A stretch of 64,000 nucleotides of DNA from Dimorphilus gyrociliatus (Eukaryota; Animalia; Annelida). A model generated the notes under the pieces. That model made no database searches, was not told the DNA's origin, and saw only the letters and a program-made list of their open reading frames with translations. Every line of letters starts with the position of its first letter. Within the stretch, counting starts at the first letter, position 1. The position numbers and the translations under genes are program-made. The DNA lies in assembly GCA_904063045.1 (NCBI GenBank), contig CAJFCJ010000025.1, positions 1,023,955 through 1,087,954 of the forward strand. The letters run 5' to 3'. Positions 51,701 to 64,000 of this stretch are shown piece after piece.

Positions 51701-52749
51701 TATTGTTAATTGGTTAATTAATGAGTTAAGAAAAAACGAATAATAAAGAGTATAAGCTTTATCATTCTCCTATCGAATGACTGATGGCGATATGCTTACA
51801 CTGATAAACTAAATCAAAACGCCTTCGTTTATTCAATTTTTAAGTATTTTAAGTTGTAAATGGATTGTTTTTGCTGTAGAGAAATACATTTGTTTGTGCA
51901 TAGTTCGGTCGTGTAAATACATAATCTCCCGCCCATATAGGCGAGTCACGACTGCCTTTTTTATATAGATAAGAGATAGGCGTTTATTACGAGACAACCG
52001 TATTTATCGCCTATTGAAGTGGAATATTTTAGCTTTCCCATAACTCATATGGGTTGGGTTGAACACGCCTGATCAATATTTTTTCTTCCCGATACCTTAC
52101 ACAGTGTATTTTACAATAGGCTTAATAGACGTATTTAGCTGCTCTACTTTTGTCTCAATAGGTAAAGATTTAAAGAAATATTTAAGAAGAACGTTTAGGT
52201 TTTATTGACAATACCTAAATGAATAACTTATACGAGAACGAGTCTGTGAACGATTCCGTGCGCATCGAAATCAGTAATAGCAAGTAGAGTAACTTACTAA
52301 CTTGCTATATTTCCTTTAGAGTACTTTATTAATCTTTTTTTTGGTACTTTGAAAAAAACCAAAAGTTTTATTAGACAATTTAGAGAAATCTCAAAATTAG
52401 AAGATTATTGATACTATCTATTTTATTACATACTTAAAACTTTAATATTTAAATATTATAAAATTTCTCCTTGACAGATTTTGAGAGTTTAACTATCTGA
52501 CTCTCACTTTCAATTGCCTGTATTACGTTATGTTTATACATTTTGTTTCTATTATACATTATGATCAATCAGCTAAATGAACGCAGGGCTCTCAATATGT
52601 ATAAAAGAGCACTGTTTAAATTATGCATATATGAATTAAATTATATATACTGTGAATATATTTAATGATTTTGTGATAAAACATAAAATTTCGATATCAA
52701 TTTAGAATAACAGTTAGGATGTTCATAGAGTATGAACGAATTTACATTA

Positions 52750-53253
52750 CTACACAAGTATTTTTGAATGTTTTATTAGAGGAAAGTTTGCGTAGCGTTC
52801 AGAAAATCTGTTTAGGCAATAAGATCTTTGAAAATGATGGCCTTTTCTTTTCGATAAACCTTTATACTTTCCACTTTCTCGTATATCTTTAAGCTTTCCT
52901 TTGACCTTTATTGCGCTCGTGTTGCCCTTATTCAAGTCGGCTATCATAAAGCTCATCGCAATGTCTTCGCAACCCTGCCATCTATCTATTGAAGTCTTCC
53001 ATTCCTTAATATAATTCCCGTAGAGAGCGTAAAATCTCCGATGAAGAAATATGTTGTTGGCAAGAAGGAACGAATAAGGTACAGTCTCTTTCATAACATA
53101 CTCGTACAGATTTCTACCAATCACATTGTGACTCCTTGATATAAAACCATACATAAAATGTTTTTCTTTCTGCAAAATAGAGACAAAATAGAATCTTTCT
53201 TTATTTGATTCGTTAATGAAAAAACTGCAATAACTACGCAAAAGCAACTACTA
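52750..53253 (-). pseudogene. Duplicate of GT64 exon 2 with exon 1 deleted
   Basis: 52426-53253 is essentially identical to 46068-46895 (offset 6358), then jumps to sequence matching about 47655 onward, removing roughly 750 bp including all of coding exon 1. Confidence 0.9.
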
Positions 53254-53842
53254 CTGTTTTTCTTGGTAAATTTTCAAAACTATTCGCAGAGGCGTTTAAT
53301 AATCCTTCCTGTCCGTTGTAGTTGTAGAATGGGAGAAAAAGATGCAGAGAAGGCACAAAGATGAATTGATGTAGAGGTACAAAAATAAAGAGAATGCGTA
53401 AGCGAAAAAGAGAGAGAGGGAGAGATAGATGTATATAATTGCTGTTGTTAATACACTATCAAGAATTATAAAGCAAGTACGCAATTTAAGAATTATACAG
53501 TGATTGTTTTTACTATATGTGTAAAAACAACAATGAGCAATCAGTTTGTAAAACCAAAGTAGTAATTAGTATAATAACTTCTCAGCTTTTGTACATATTG
53601 CATACTGTAAAGTAATATAATGATTTTTTTTACTGTGGCAGTGACGAGCAAACCATTTGCTCTAAAAATTGATTAAATAATCAAATAAAAACAAAAATTA
53701 ATACACCGTAATTTTATGTTTTATTCGGAATTTTTCCTTTTCTTTTAGGATTATAGGATTTCTCTTTCTCTTCTTCTTTCTATATAGCTTAATAATTCCT
53801 TTCCTTTTTTACTTCTAAATAGTAACAAGTTATATTTAGTTA

Positions 53843-53903
53843 TGGGTGGGGTGGAACAAGGTGGGGTGGAACAAGGTGGGGTGGGGCAGGGTGGGGTGGG
53901 GTG
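53843..53903 (+). repeat. (GGGGT)n-type G-rich repeat, potential G-quadruplex
   Basis: Multiple GGG/GGGG runs with short spacers; a shorter counterpart lies at about 49108-49135. Confidence 0.6.
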
Positions 53904-54338
53904 TAAAATAGAAAGATGACTTGAACTATCAATCAAAATTAGGAAATGAGAAAGAAGACGATGAAGAAGAAGAGTATAAAAAAGATATAAAGAGAAGAAT
54001 TACCATAAGTATTGATTATATAACCAATCTACATTTACTTTGTTTTCTTATCAATACTATATATTGTATGTCAATATAGCAATATATAATATAAATGGAA
54101 TTTAAATAGCATTGTACACAATTGGGCTTTTATTAAACCTTCAGCCAATAGAATATAGTGAAAGAATGAATGAAAGAATGAGAGAAAGAAAGAAATAGTG
54201 AATAAGTATATAATATATAGTCGATGGGTACATCGCCTAAAGTTACGTCTATATATATTTTAAACCTAATCATATTTCATTACCCTTTATCATTTCGATA
54301 CGTTATTACTTATTATTACTGCTATATTTACTAGTATA

Positions 54339-54805
54339 AAGTGGACGACATGTATATGGACACCGTAAATTTTGATAGGCCAATGATCCCAGCCCAATCG
54401 AGAACATGTGGCATCTGACCAAGACAATGGTCTATGATGGTCCACAGTTCGAGACAGAGGATGAACTGTGGGAAAAGATTAAGAAATGCTCCTATGAGGT
54501 TATTAACAGAAATCCACTCTTGTTGCCAAGTTTATACGAGGGAATGGGCCGTAGAATAAGCAAGTGTATAGAAAGAGAGGGTTGGCACATACAAAAATAG
54601 ATAAAATTTGAACAATTGAACATTGTTGCAAAAAACATGTTGCGCGGCCAAATAAGAAAAAAAATCGGAAAACTATGGTAATTTCTATAAAAAAAAATAT
54701 GTAAAAGCGTACCTAACTGCTGTTTTAAAGAAATCTATATAAAATTGCAAGTTTATTGCAAGTTTATAAAAATTTGAGGTGTTCCAACATACCTGTCGTC
54801 CACTT
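54339..54805 (+). mobile_element. Internally deleted Tc1/mariner element related to the 47825-48619 element
   Basis: TIR AAGTGGACGACA.GTAT..TGGA(A)CACC at both ends, flanked by TATA. It encodes PSPIENMWHLTKTMVYDGPQFETEDELW..MGRRISKCIEREGWHIQK. Confidence 0.88.
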
Positions 54806-56005
54806 TATACCTTAAACTTTAACGCGTTGTATTACTAAAGTCGGTGGAAATAGCTATAACCTACGTTCGCTACTCATTCATCGACTACACAATAAAACAT
54901 AAAATAGAAGTAGGTACGCTCTATTCAGTAGCCAAGCAAAAGTAATTATAAACTTGTAATTAATGATTAGTATTTTAAAACTAAAGAATACTACTGCCTG
55001 TGATTGATACTTTGTATCATTTTTGAAGAAAGCATTCTATCATAAGATTTCTTTCAGATTTTAACTATATTATCGCTCTCCATCACTTGCTTCAATGGCG
55101 ACGGAGAGGAATATGAGCGAATTGAATGGATGACTGACAATATTTTAAAATGATGCTATCAAAATTACGATAAATAATAATATCTGATTAAAAAAAACAG
55201 AATTAAAAAAAAGAAATTTACGTCTATCCTCTCGGAGTTCTTTTCATGAATTTAATTATCCTCACACCTGTGCGTTTTCTCCCTGTTCCATTTTGCCAAG
55301 GTAGAGACGCCCCGATAGCAAAGCCATCTGCTGTCAAAGTATGCGCATAATTTTACAATTTGTAGCCTAACAGCGAAAATCCTTCTGTTTTTCCCTATTG
55401 ATTTACTGGATTATTTATTTATTCTCCCGTTTACTATTTTGTACAAAATGTTAACGCTATTTCTGTTTAATCGAATAGACAGATTCTACTCAGGTAACCT
55501 AATAAAATTCAGAATACTGTCTATACCCTTTATCCTATATATTCAGGTACTGTTTTACACGGATTAATTGCCCATTTTTTTCAATATTCCTCATGAAAAA
55601 TCTAGCAGAAGAGCTAATCTTTCTAATTTACAGTCAATAAAGATTCTTGTTGATTACAGGGATAACCGAATAAAATCAAACGCATCATTCGAAATTGGAG
55701 GAAGAGGCGTTGGAGTAGTTATATTATCTTGTTGTAGTTTATTTTCCAAGTCTTTCTTGCCAAAGATTTTCAAGTAAATTGAATAAAAGAGGTGGGAAAT
55801 CGAATTACTAAAATCAGAACATTTTTAAAGAGTCGATTGTCTTTCAACATTTAAACTTTTTGTTGTATTTAGAGAATAAAACGGGCAAGAGAGAGAGAGC
55901 GAGAGAGAGAGAGAGAGATACTGATACAAAAGATATATTCATCCTTCAATACTCTCAACAATGAAAAATTTTAACAAATTAGAAATAGAAATGTCTTGTC
56001 GAGGA

Positions 56006-57205
56006 TTATTTTATAATACGAGAGTGCTTCCTCAATGGAAATTCTTTATAACGTTCAGCGTAACGATTTAAGCAGTAAGATCTCTGAAAGTGATGTCCTT
56101 TTCTCTTCGATAATCCTTTATATGCACCGATGTCTCTGATATCCTTATAGGAGCCTTTCACCTTAATTGCACTATCTTTGCTACCATTCAAGTCCGCAAA
56201 CATAAAACTCAGAGCGATATCCTCACACGATTGCCACCTATCTATGGTGTTTTCCCATTGCCTAGTATAATCTTGATATATTCTTGTGTATTTCCTATGC
56301 ATAAATATATTGTTGGCAAGAAGAAAAGAGTAGGGAACAGTTTCATCCATAACGTATTCGTACAGATTTCTCCCTATTACTTTGTGGCTCCTCGCCACAA
56401 AGCCGTACATAAAATTTTTTTCCTTCTGCAAAAGAAATGATAAAGAATTTTGTTAAAGAATGTTCTTTTCAATATAGAAAGGGAGCTGCTAACAACGCCT
56501 TTTGCAAATATTATAGAATATACTATCTACTCGGCAGTTACTTTTCGATAAAGGTAAAGAAGATACACTTTAAAAACTACAATTTTTATATAGAATAATA
56601 GAAACATTTACCTTCCATTCTACAAAAGCTTTCAGTGCTGAATTTTCATTTATCAGAATATCATCATCGACATTCAATGTAGCTTCCGTATTAATTGTTG
56701 GATATGGATAATATCTTAGCCTGACAAAATTTGGCATCCAATAAAATTCCAAGTTAACTTTACTCTTCGGAGAGAGATATTTGCCGATATCTTTCGCAGT
56801 TGGCATCTTTTGTTCATTAAACCACGCAACAATAATTTTAGAGACATTGCTGAATGTTGAATAGTGCTGAACTGCTCTCGTAATAAGCTTTTCTCTATGA
56901 TATGTAGGCATAACAATAGTATATTTCGTAGATTTTTCGGATGGAGGCTTGTTTAAAAACTCAGTACTATTTCTGCAATTATCAAATGCCATACTAGCTG
57001 TTAAAAAGTCCATCATTGTGATACTTATATCACCCTTATTTATTCTACGCGAGACATGTTTAAGCACACAGTTCTCTGATACAGAAGTCCAGGACACTGC
57101 AGTCTCATATATTTGACCATTTGTACGATATGTGACCAGTCTTAAAATGGTCACAATTCCAAATAAAAGGCTCATTAGCACAATTAAAATCTTTTTACGA
57201 TACAT
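56006..57205 (-). CDS. Exostosin-like GT64 glycosyltransferase (EXTL2-like), intact, 2 exons (57205-56612, 56425-56006), about 337 aa
   Basis: Type II TM; YTIVMPTYHR, LNVDDD, CEDIALSF and HHFQRSYCLNRY; same intron position as the 46392-47538 paralog. Confidence 0.9.
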
Positions 57206-57972
57206 TTTTTCACCGTCTTTCTACCTCTATTCACTTGGCAACGAACAAATATACGCTAATCAATAAATTGACGTGGGAAAACTCTGAATCGCAGCTGCCG
57301 CAAAAGACTTCTGCAAAAAATCTCCAAAAATACAATGTTTACAAGCAGATCTTCAAATTTAATCTCCAAGTTATAGAATATAGCATTAGCTTTTATACAG
57401 TATATCCTTCGTTCAAAAACAATTAGCACTACTTCATAGCTGTCAAAGTGCAATGTTAAACATTACGTTAAACAGACATCAGTTACAAATATTTAATTTT
57501 GCATAAAACGAGCTGTCAGATCGAAACATGGATCGATAAATGAAAATATAGAAAAATAACTAAAAGAAAAATTAGACTAATCCATATATTGATACTTCTA
57601 AAAGTAGTTTGAAGCTTATCTTTAACAATAAAAAAAAATGTATTATCTACCTTCGTCTGGGTAGGGAATATCTTCAGTCAAATTGTTGATTTTCTTGTTT
57701 ATAAAAGCAAACATTTAGAGACGAAAGCTTCTATGAATTAATTTAAATAGGTGTATATCAATCTCCTCTGAAGTCGTCTGATAACATTGAACACACCCAG
57801 ATATCGTATTTTTTTTTCTTCCTGTATGGTATCTTGAATATGATATTTGACATACATGAATATTAATCAATGCTAGCGCATCGTGATCTGATCGATTCGG
57901 TGAGAAAGTATAAATCTTGTACAGGCCTTTTGTGAAAACTTTTACGAAATTAAAATCTGCTTTGCATAGGCC

Positions 57973-58379
57973 TTAGCTTTTGTACTTAAAACTTCTTTCA
58001 TTCAAAAGTAATATTAGAATTTTTGCTTTAGGAAACGGAAAAAACCCAATGACAGTATATTTTAGCTTTCTGTTTAATGATGAGAAGAAATTATCCGATA
58101 CAATGTGACATTTATTAAATCTTGTCACTTTGGTGATGCACGCTTCTAATATACTGATAATATGTATACTATACATTATTTAAACGAATAACTTTGCTAA
58201 GTCATTACTTCCTCAAAAACTTCTCCAATGTAATGTACTGATGTAACTAGTTGAGATACTCTTATCTTATCAGGGGGATTTACGATAAAAATATATCTGT
58301 AATTACAGTCTCTGTTTGAATTAGAAGAGGATTTTTTTGAACTTTCATAATTACTTTGAAAGGTATTAACAGCAAGCAT
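57973..58379 (-). mobile_element. Possible degraded piggyBac-like transposase fragment
   Basis: HIVSDNFFSS..YTVIG resembles the piggyBac DNxFTS..(T/I)VG motif and NYRYIF resembles the upstream motif. The reading frame is broken and no TIRs were found. Confidence 0.3.
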
Positions 58380-59078
58380 TCACAGTAAAAATATAAAAGC
58401 TACTAAGCCTGAACAGTAAAATATCTTAGCCGACCATACTTTGAAAAGTAGATAAGCAAAAAGGTCGTGTAGAATAAAAACTTACGACTCAATCGTTGGG
58501 ATGATTTAATCCTTCAAAGTAATATAAAACAATAAATGTATATTCATCCTTTTTCTATTTACTCAAAAGCTGAATCTAATTCTCTTTTTTATACTATTCG
58601 ACTACGCCTCAATTAAGAATAGTATTGAAAGCTAAGGCTTCTTTCTGCGGTCTTGCCTATGCCGCCGGTCTCTCCAATCTTAGATTTTTCCCTAGAAAGT
58701 GCGCGACGCTGTCCCTTCACCAGAATAAGGTTGAGCCAGAAGGAAATGATTAAGGACGTCGGTGTCCTCGATATAGTTAGGTATTTTGCCCATCAACGCC
58801 GTTAAATCCCGGTTCAATAACAACTGCACCTCCCCGGAATGCCGGCGTTGCCAGTTTCAAGTGGAATCCTATTATGAGTATAATATTTTGCCATTGGCTT
58901 GTTAGAGAATGAAAACGAAAGAAATACTACACTCCCAATAAGATGTTTCTGCCATGTTCCCTGTTCCTGCCAAAAAATTACATAATAATCAGACAGAAAC
59001 CTAATTAATAATTTTTTATGACATTTACTGAGAAGTGTTACACAATCAGAGAACAAAAAAATTTAAGAACGTTTTAAA

Positions 59079-59625
59079 ATGGGGAAGATAAGCCTTGAAA
59101 TGAGGGAAAAAATTGTCTGCTTAAAGAAACAAGGGCTGAGTCAAGTAAAAATTTCAAAGCAACTTCAAATTGCCCGTAGTACTGTACGGTACAACCTGAA
59201 GAAGACAATGGAATGTTCTTCCATGGAAGACAAACCCAGATCTGGTCATCCCAAAAAGATATCAGACTCAGATAAAAGAAGTCTGGTCATTATTCAGAAG
59301 AAAAATCCTTTCTATACTGCCAGACAAGCATATTCTTCATGGACAATGGCTGACAAGGTAAACCTATCTTCTGCTTGAATATGGCTTGAAAAGTTTTGTG
59401 GCAAAGATAAAGCCATTGACCAAACCAGGAAACAGAAAAAAAAGAATTGCTAAACATCATAGAGAATCTTTGGGCAGTGCTAAAGAAAATATTGATGATT
59501 TAAAATTGATCATAAAAGATGAATATTTTTCAATTTCTAATGATTATATACAAAATTTATATAAATCAATAAAAAGAAGATGTCGCCTTGTAATTCAGAA
59601 TAAAGGATACCCAATTAATTACTAA
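59079..59625 (+). mobile_element. Tc1-like transposase remnant lacking the DDE core
   Basis: N-terminal paired-like HTH (REKIVCLKKQGLSQVKISKQLQIARSTVRY..RSGHPKK) and a Tc1 C-terminus (QNLYKSIKRRCRLVIQNKGYPINY*). End sequence at about 59660-59705 resembles, inverted, about 51421-51480. Confidence 0.8.
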
Positions 59626-61387
59626 ATTAATATCAAAATTTCATCAGTTTTTCAGAACATGGCCGAAATTTTTTCTCCTAGGTTTTGTTGAAATTTTTTA
59701 AATAAAGTTTGTGTTCTTGCGATAAGGTCGACATTCCTGTAACATTCCTTGATCACAGTCCACTATTCATAGTGCAAATGCTATAAATAGCTTTCTACCA
59801 CGTGTCACCGTCATTACTTTTTTCCTTTTTTGTCTAGTTTATTGACGCTAGTCATTGTATCGTTTCTAAGCTGTTAGTAATATCTTACTTTGCTTGAATT
59901 TGTCTTTTTGGTCAGTCAACTCACTTCCGCTCGACATTATAGACATCTACAGTGTATAAGAGAAACTATTTTGCACGAAGGAGTCGATGGACAGAGTAAT
60001 TATAACGTTATGAATGTTAAGGAGATGAAAAGAAGAGCAAAAATCAAATAATCTTAATTATAAAGTAAATCCCTTTTGACACTGATTTGAACTAATACAA
60101 AATTCATATAATGCATAAATTATTTATACATTCATTTTGTTCTATCTTTTTAATCGAGATTTCTTTTTTACCGACTGTAAAGGAGGAGAATGGAAAGAGA
60201 AAGAAGAATAAGCTAGTAGAGAAGTTACGAGATTTACCTATCTAGTCTGTTTTATTGTTAAGAATAATAAAAGGCTAAATGAAAGGGAAAGAGGAGATAA
60301 GGTTGAGAAAGAAATTTTTGCTTTTTTTCCAACAGTCTTTAAAGACTTTACACCCCAAAAAACTAGATAATTTGCTCACTCATTCACTCACCCATTTATC
60401 AATTCTCTCTCTCTCTCTCTCTCGTTCACTCTACGTTTCTAATCTTTAAACTTAAAATACAATGTTTTTCCAACTTTAAACATTTTACACAACTCCACTT
60501 GAAAATCTTCTTTAATGAATGCGAAGGAGTGGATATCGAGTTGGGATAGAATGTAACATCTTGTGTTTGGGCCGTCAAGGCATCAGTCTTTTCAGGTTTC
60601 TATGCAGTAAAAGACGCGATAAGATGGTGTGGTGTTGTTCTAATATCTTCAATGGAAGTCTAATGCTAGATTTTAATAATTAATTATAAAAGAATAAAGA
60701 AACAGCCAAGTATTTCGGAAATTTTTCTTTTTTTTTATTATGGAAAATGTGTTAAACAATTAAAGAAAATGAAATAAAACTATTCAATTAAGAATGAAGA
60801 ATCTCATTTCCTTAGATTAAAACAACACACAGCAAAGTGACCCTGAAAGAATCTCAAGTCTAAATTAACTCTATTTTCCATTTCAATCCGCCAGGAAAAG
60901 TTAGAAATTTGTCAGTTTTATGTCACGCTATTCGCGGGGGGGCGGAGTTTGCATAAGAAGTTCTAATTATAATAAGACTATAAAACTCGCTATCAGATAT
61001 ATAGTTGCTGCGCTAGCCGCAAAGGCACTGGCCACTGCTTAAACAATATAAATAAAAGAAAAGTACTACTTTGTTTTGAAAAATATTCAACAGATATATT
61101 TCAGCAAAAGGTTTGTTTTCTTTCTTTTCTTCTTCTTCTTTTTCCTCTTTTTCTGTTTTGTTTCTTGAACTTTTTTTAATATACTTTTGTTGTATGTTTA
61201 TGCGAGAGAGAGAGAGAGAGAGAGAGAAGGGAAGAAGGGGCCTGAGGCGGCCGGGGAAGAGAGGAGGAAAGAGACAGATAGACAAAATGACACATATATT
61301 AATATGTAAACAATGTGTTAATAATAGCAGTTGAAAGGGTTAGTTGCATGAATAGATAGATAGATAGATAGATAGACAGATAGATAG

Positions 61388-61425
<38 letters not shown>

Positions 61426-63422
61426 ATTACTCCAATTTCTGATGATACTTGCAAGAAAATTTTTCTACTACTATATTATATACTAATATAAATGTATAAG
61501 GTATATATATATAAATTTATATATATATATATATATATATACTGTATACTAATAATATTTATATATATCTACAAGTATTGTATTATAGAGATTGTTCACT
61601 GATTTGTTTTCTTTTATTTATTATTTATTTTAAGAAAACCCGAAACAGATATTTACGAAAATAATCTTAATAATTGAAATAAAATTACGCTCATCTTCTT
61701 TCTTCCCTCGCTATCTTTTTCTCCTTTTCCTCGCTTCTAATCTCCTAAAAATAAATATTTTCATTCAACTTTAAAAGAGTTTGAAAAGTTAAAAGCATAG
61801 TCATTAAATTTATAAAAAAGGAAAGAAAAAGGGACGCCGTCGACTAATGACTATTCACCTTGAAATTAGTTGAGCCGCTAAACTGTCTCCTTTAAAGTGC
61901 TTAAGTAAAAAAAAATTGGCTAGAACCCTTAGATAGAATTGTGAAAACAGAGTGAGAGAGAAAGAGACAGAGAGAAAATAACGAAATAAAGAATAGAAAA
62001 GTTTCTCCTACCCCGTTGGAAAGTAGGAATGGATTCTTTTGGGAAATTGATGAGAAGCGTCTCTTTATTTCTACTTTCAAAGAAAATACGGACAATGTTT
62101 TATAAGAGGTCCAGAGGCAATACGGAAATCTGCATATATTTGCACATTATCAGTATCGTTTTGTAGGCATTTACATAATTACAATGTTCTTTTTAATTCT
62201 CAGTAACATGTTAATAATAAAGGAGGATATATGTTGCTTATATCTCCATTTAGACTAAGGAAATCATAGTTTTATGTTTTAGCGAAGAGAAAGTAATATC
62301 TCAGGAGATTCAAGTTAGGGATAATTTGCAAATTTTATTTGACACTAGCTACTTAGAGACTGATTATTTTATCTTCAAAATGGAATACCTGATTGTCATG
62401 ATTTTTATTCCATTAAAGTCCAGCTAAGCATTTAAAAGTTCGACTTGTATTAGCATCTTGTAATTAACTTTATTGTTTATTTATTTAATTCCTTTTCCGT
62501 TCGGACGATTGAAAAATAGTTACATGTCTATTAAGTGAAATAATTTAAAGGAAATTGCCAAAGGGTATCTAACCCGTTTAAAAATTTATCTGTTTATGAT
62601 GAATTTCGTCCGAAATTCAACCATTACTTTTCCCGCTCATACTATCTATCCTCTCTCTATTATCATTATTATTAATAAAAAAATAGTGCATCTATATACG
62701 GTATATATGTCTATTAAGGTGTAGAAACGCTGCCACAGAACAAGGAATTGTAATATCTTTTAATAGAAAGAAACATCAAAGGATATTTTTTAATTACGAA
62801 AAGCGTCTCTATCAGAGAACAAATGAGAGAAGAGAGAACGTCAAGTATCATTAATTAAATAATTATATAATAACAATTTAAACTTCAATAATTCATTATT
62901 ATATACCGCAAATCTTTAGTAGAGGGAAAAGAGTAACGCTTAGCTAAACGCTTTAGAAACGCCTCAAAAAAACATTGTAAACAATCTAAACTTACTTTTT
63001 TCGAAAGGGATTTCCGGTTAGTGAAAAAAAGAACTGAAATATTTATTGACGTCTCTCATCCGAATTCTCATCAGACTAGATCCTATTCGTTCTAGTGTAA
63101 TTGACAAAGTTTATTTAATATGCAAGTGTTGGTTCCTACCTTACTCAAATATTTAACCGTCATAAGAAATGTCCAAAGTTGTTCATTACCTTTTCTTAAC
63201 GAAAGAGAACCGATACCTTAAAAGTGATAAAGCTATTACAGTATTCACTTAATCGACTTCTTCTTGGTTTTGCTCGTATTTTTCCTACTTTTATCATTAT
63301 TTATCATTATTTAATATTAATCACTATTTCTTATCATTTTCCTCCTCGGCATCCGCCTCCGCCTCCCTGTTTTTCTTTTCCCTCCTAGTTGCAATTGGTA
63401 AATATTTAGCTTTGCAGATAGA

Positions 63423-64000
63423 ATGAAATTCCTTCTTCTTCTCTTATGCCTCACTTTCGCAGCAGCAAATTTGTTCGAGTTGAACGACTGTGGAGCGGCT
63501 GAAGGAAGCATCTTGAAACGTTTGTGCGCTATCTATCAACAAGGTAGTCAATTGGATATTTAGATGTTTAATACGCCTTTATATATATATACTGTATAAG
63601 TAAAAAAATTTGCTTGAATTAATGGATTAATTACTGTTCAGGTGAGGATGACGACGTACCTAATTTATTACGAATGAGACAAAGAAGAGATCAAGGCTAT
63701 ATTCGCTTTGGGAGATCAATGCCAATTTCCTACATGAGATTTGGAAGAAAGAAGCGAGAGGCCGTCGACGAAAAGAGATACATGAGATTCGGCAGGGGAA
63801 ATGAAAAGGACGATAATGACGCGATTGACGTTTCGAAAAAGTATATGAGATTCGGCAAAAGATTTCAGGATGATCTGCAAAAGAAATATATGAGGTTCGG
63901 AAAAAGATACATGAGATTCGGAAGGGGCGGAAGTGAAGATGAAGCCGAAAAACGTTATATGAGATTCGGTAGGAACCAACTAAAGCCAAACGAAGAAGGT
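63423..64000 (+). CDS. FMRFa: FMRFamide-family neuropeptide precursor (YMRFamide repeats), exons 63423-63543 and 63642-beyond window
   Basis: Signal peptide MKFLLLLLCLTFAAA. An in-frame phase-1 intron leads to RQRR-DQGYIRFG-R-SMPISYMRFG-RKKR and five basic-flanked YMRFG copies. It was missed by the ORF track because there is no stop in the window. Confidence 0.93.

Noticed and set aside
58820-58862. Superficial resemblance to an HDV-like ribozyme (CTGGCAACGCCGGCATTCCGGGG on the - strand)
   Set aside because: I could not build the nested double-pseudoknot pairings.
63660-63989. Minus-strand ORFs of 109 and 87 aa
   Set aside because: Antisense shadows of the repetitive YMRFamide exon; the repeats are peptide units, not a CRISPR-like array.

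Overview
AT-rich eukaryotic (animal) DNA with many very short GT-AG introns (mostly about 50-80 nt). An FMRFamide-family precursor, mir-124 and the compact introns suggest a compact-genome lophotrochozoan such as an annelid (inference). The ORF track is mostly exon fragments, intron read-through and antisense shadows. 1-31.9 kb: three tandem + strand DEG/ENaC (ASIC/FaNaC-superfamily) channel genes, A (5' end outside the window), B and C. Each has a very large PAN/MAM/kringle/LDLa array inserted in the finger region and a roughly 440-aa Cys-poor insert at the knuckle position. The copies share patchy near-identical tracts that include introns. 32.1-34.2 kb: intronless LRR single-pass membrane protein (- strand). 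34.3-44.7 kb: non-coding block containing a mir-124 hairpin (- strand) and clustered GCGTCTA and CTCF-like motifs. 44.7-57.2 kb: duplicated and rearranged cluster of EXTL2-like GT64 glycosyltransferases (two intact, four broken) with Tc1/mariner remnants and a MITE. 57.3-63.4 kb: transposon debris and intergenic DNA. 63.4 kb to the end: FMRFamide-family (YMRFamide) precursor running off the window. All calls come from manual reading and motif recognition; no searches were run. Gene spans include introns.
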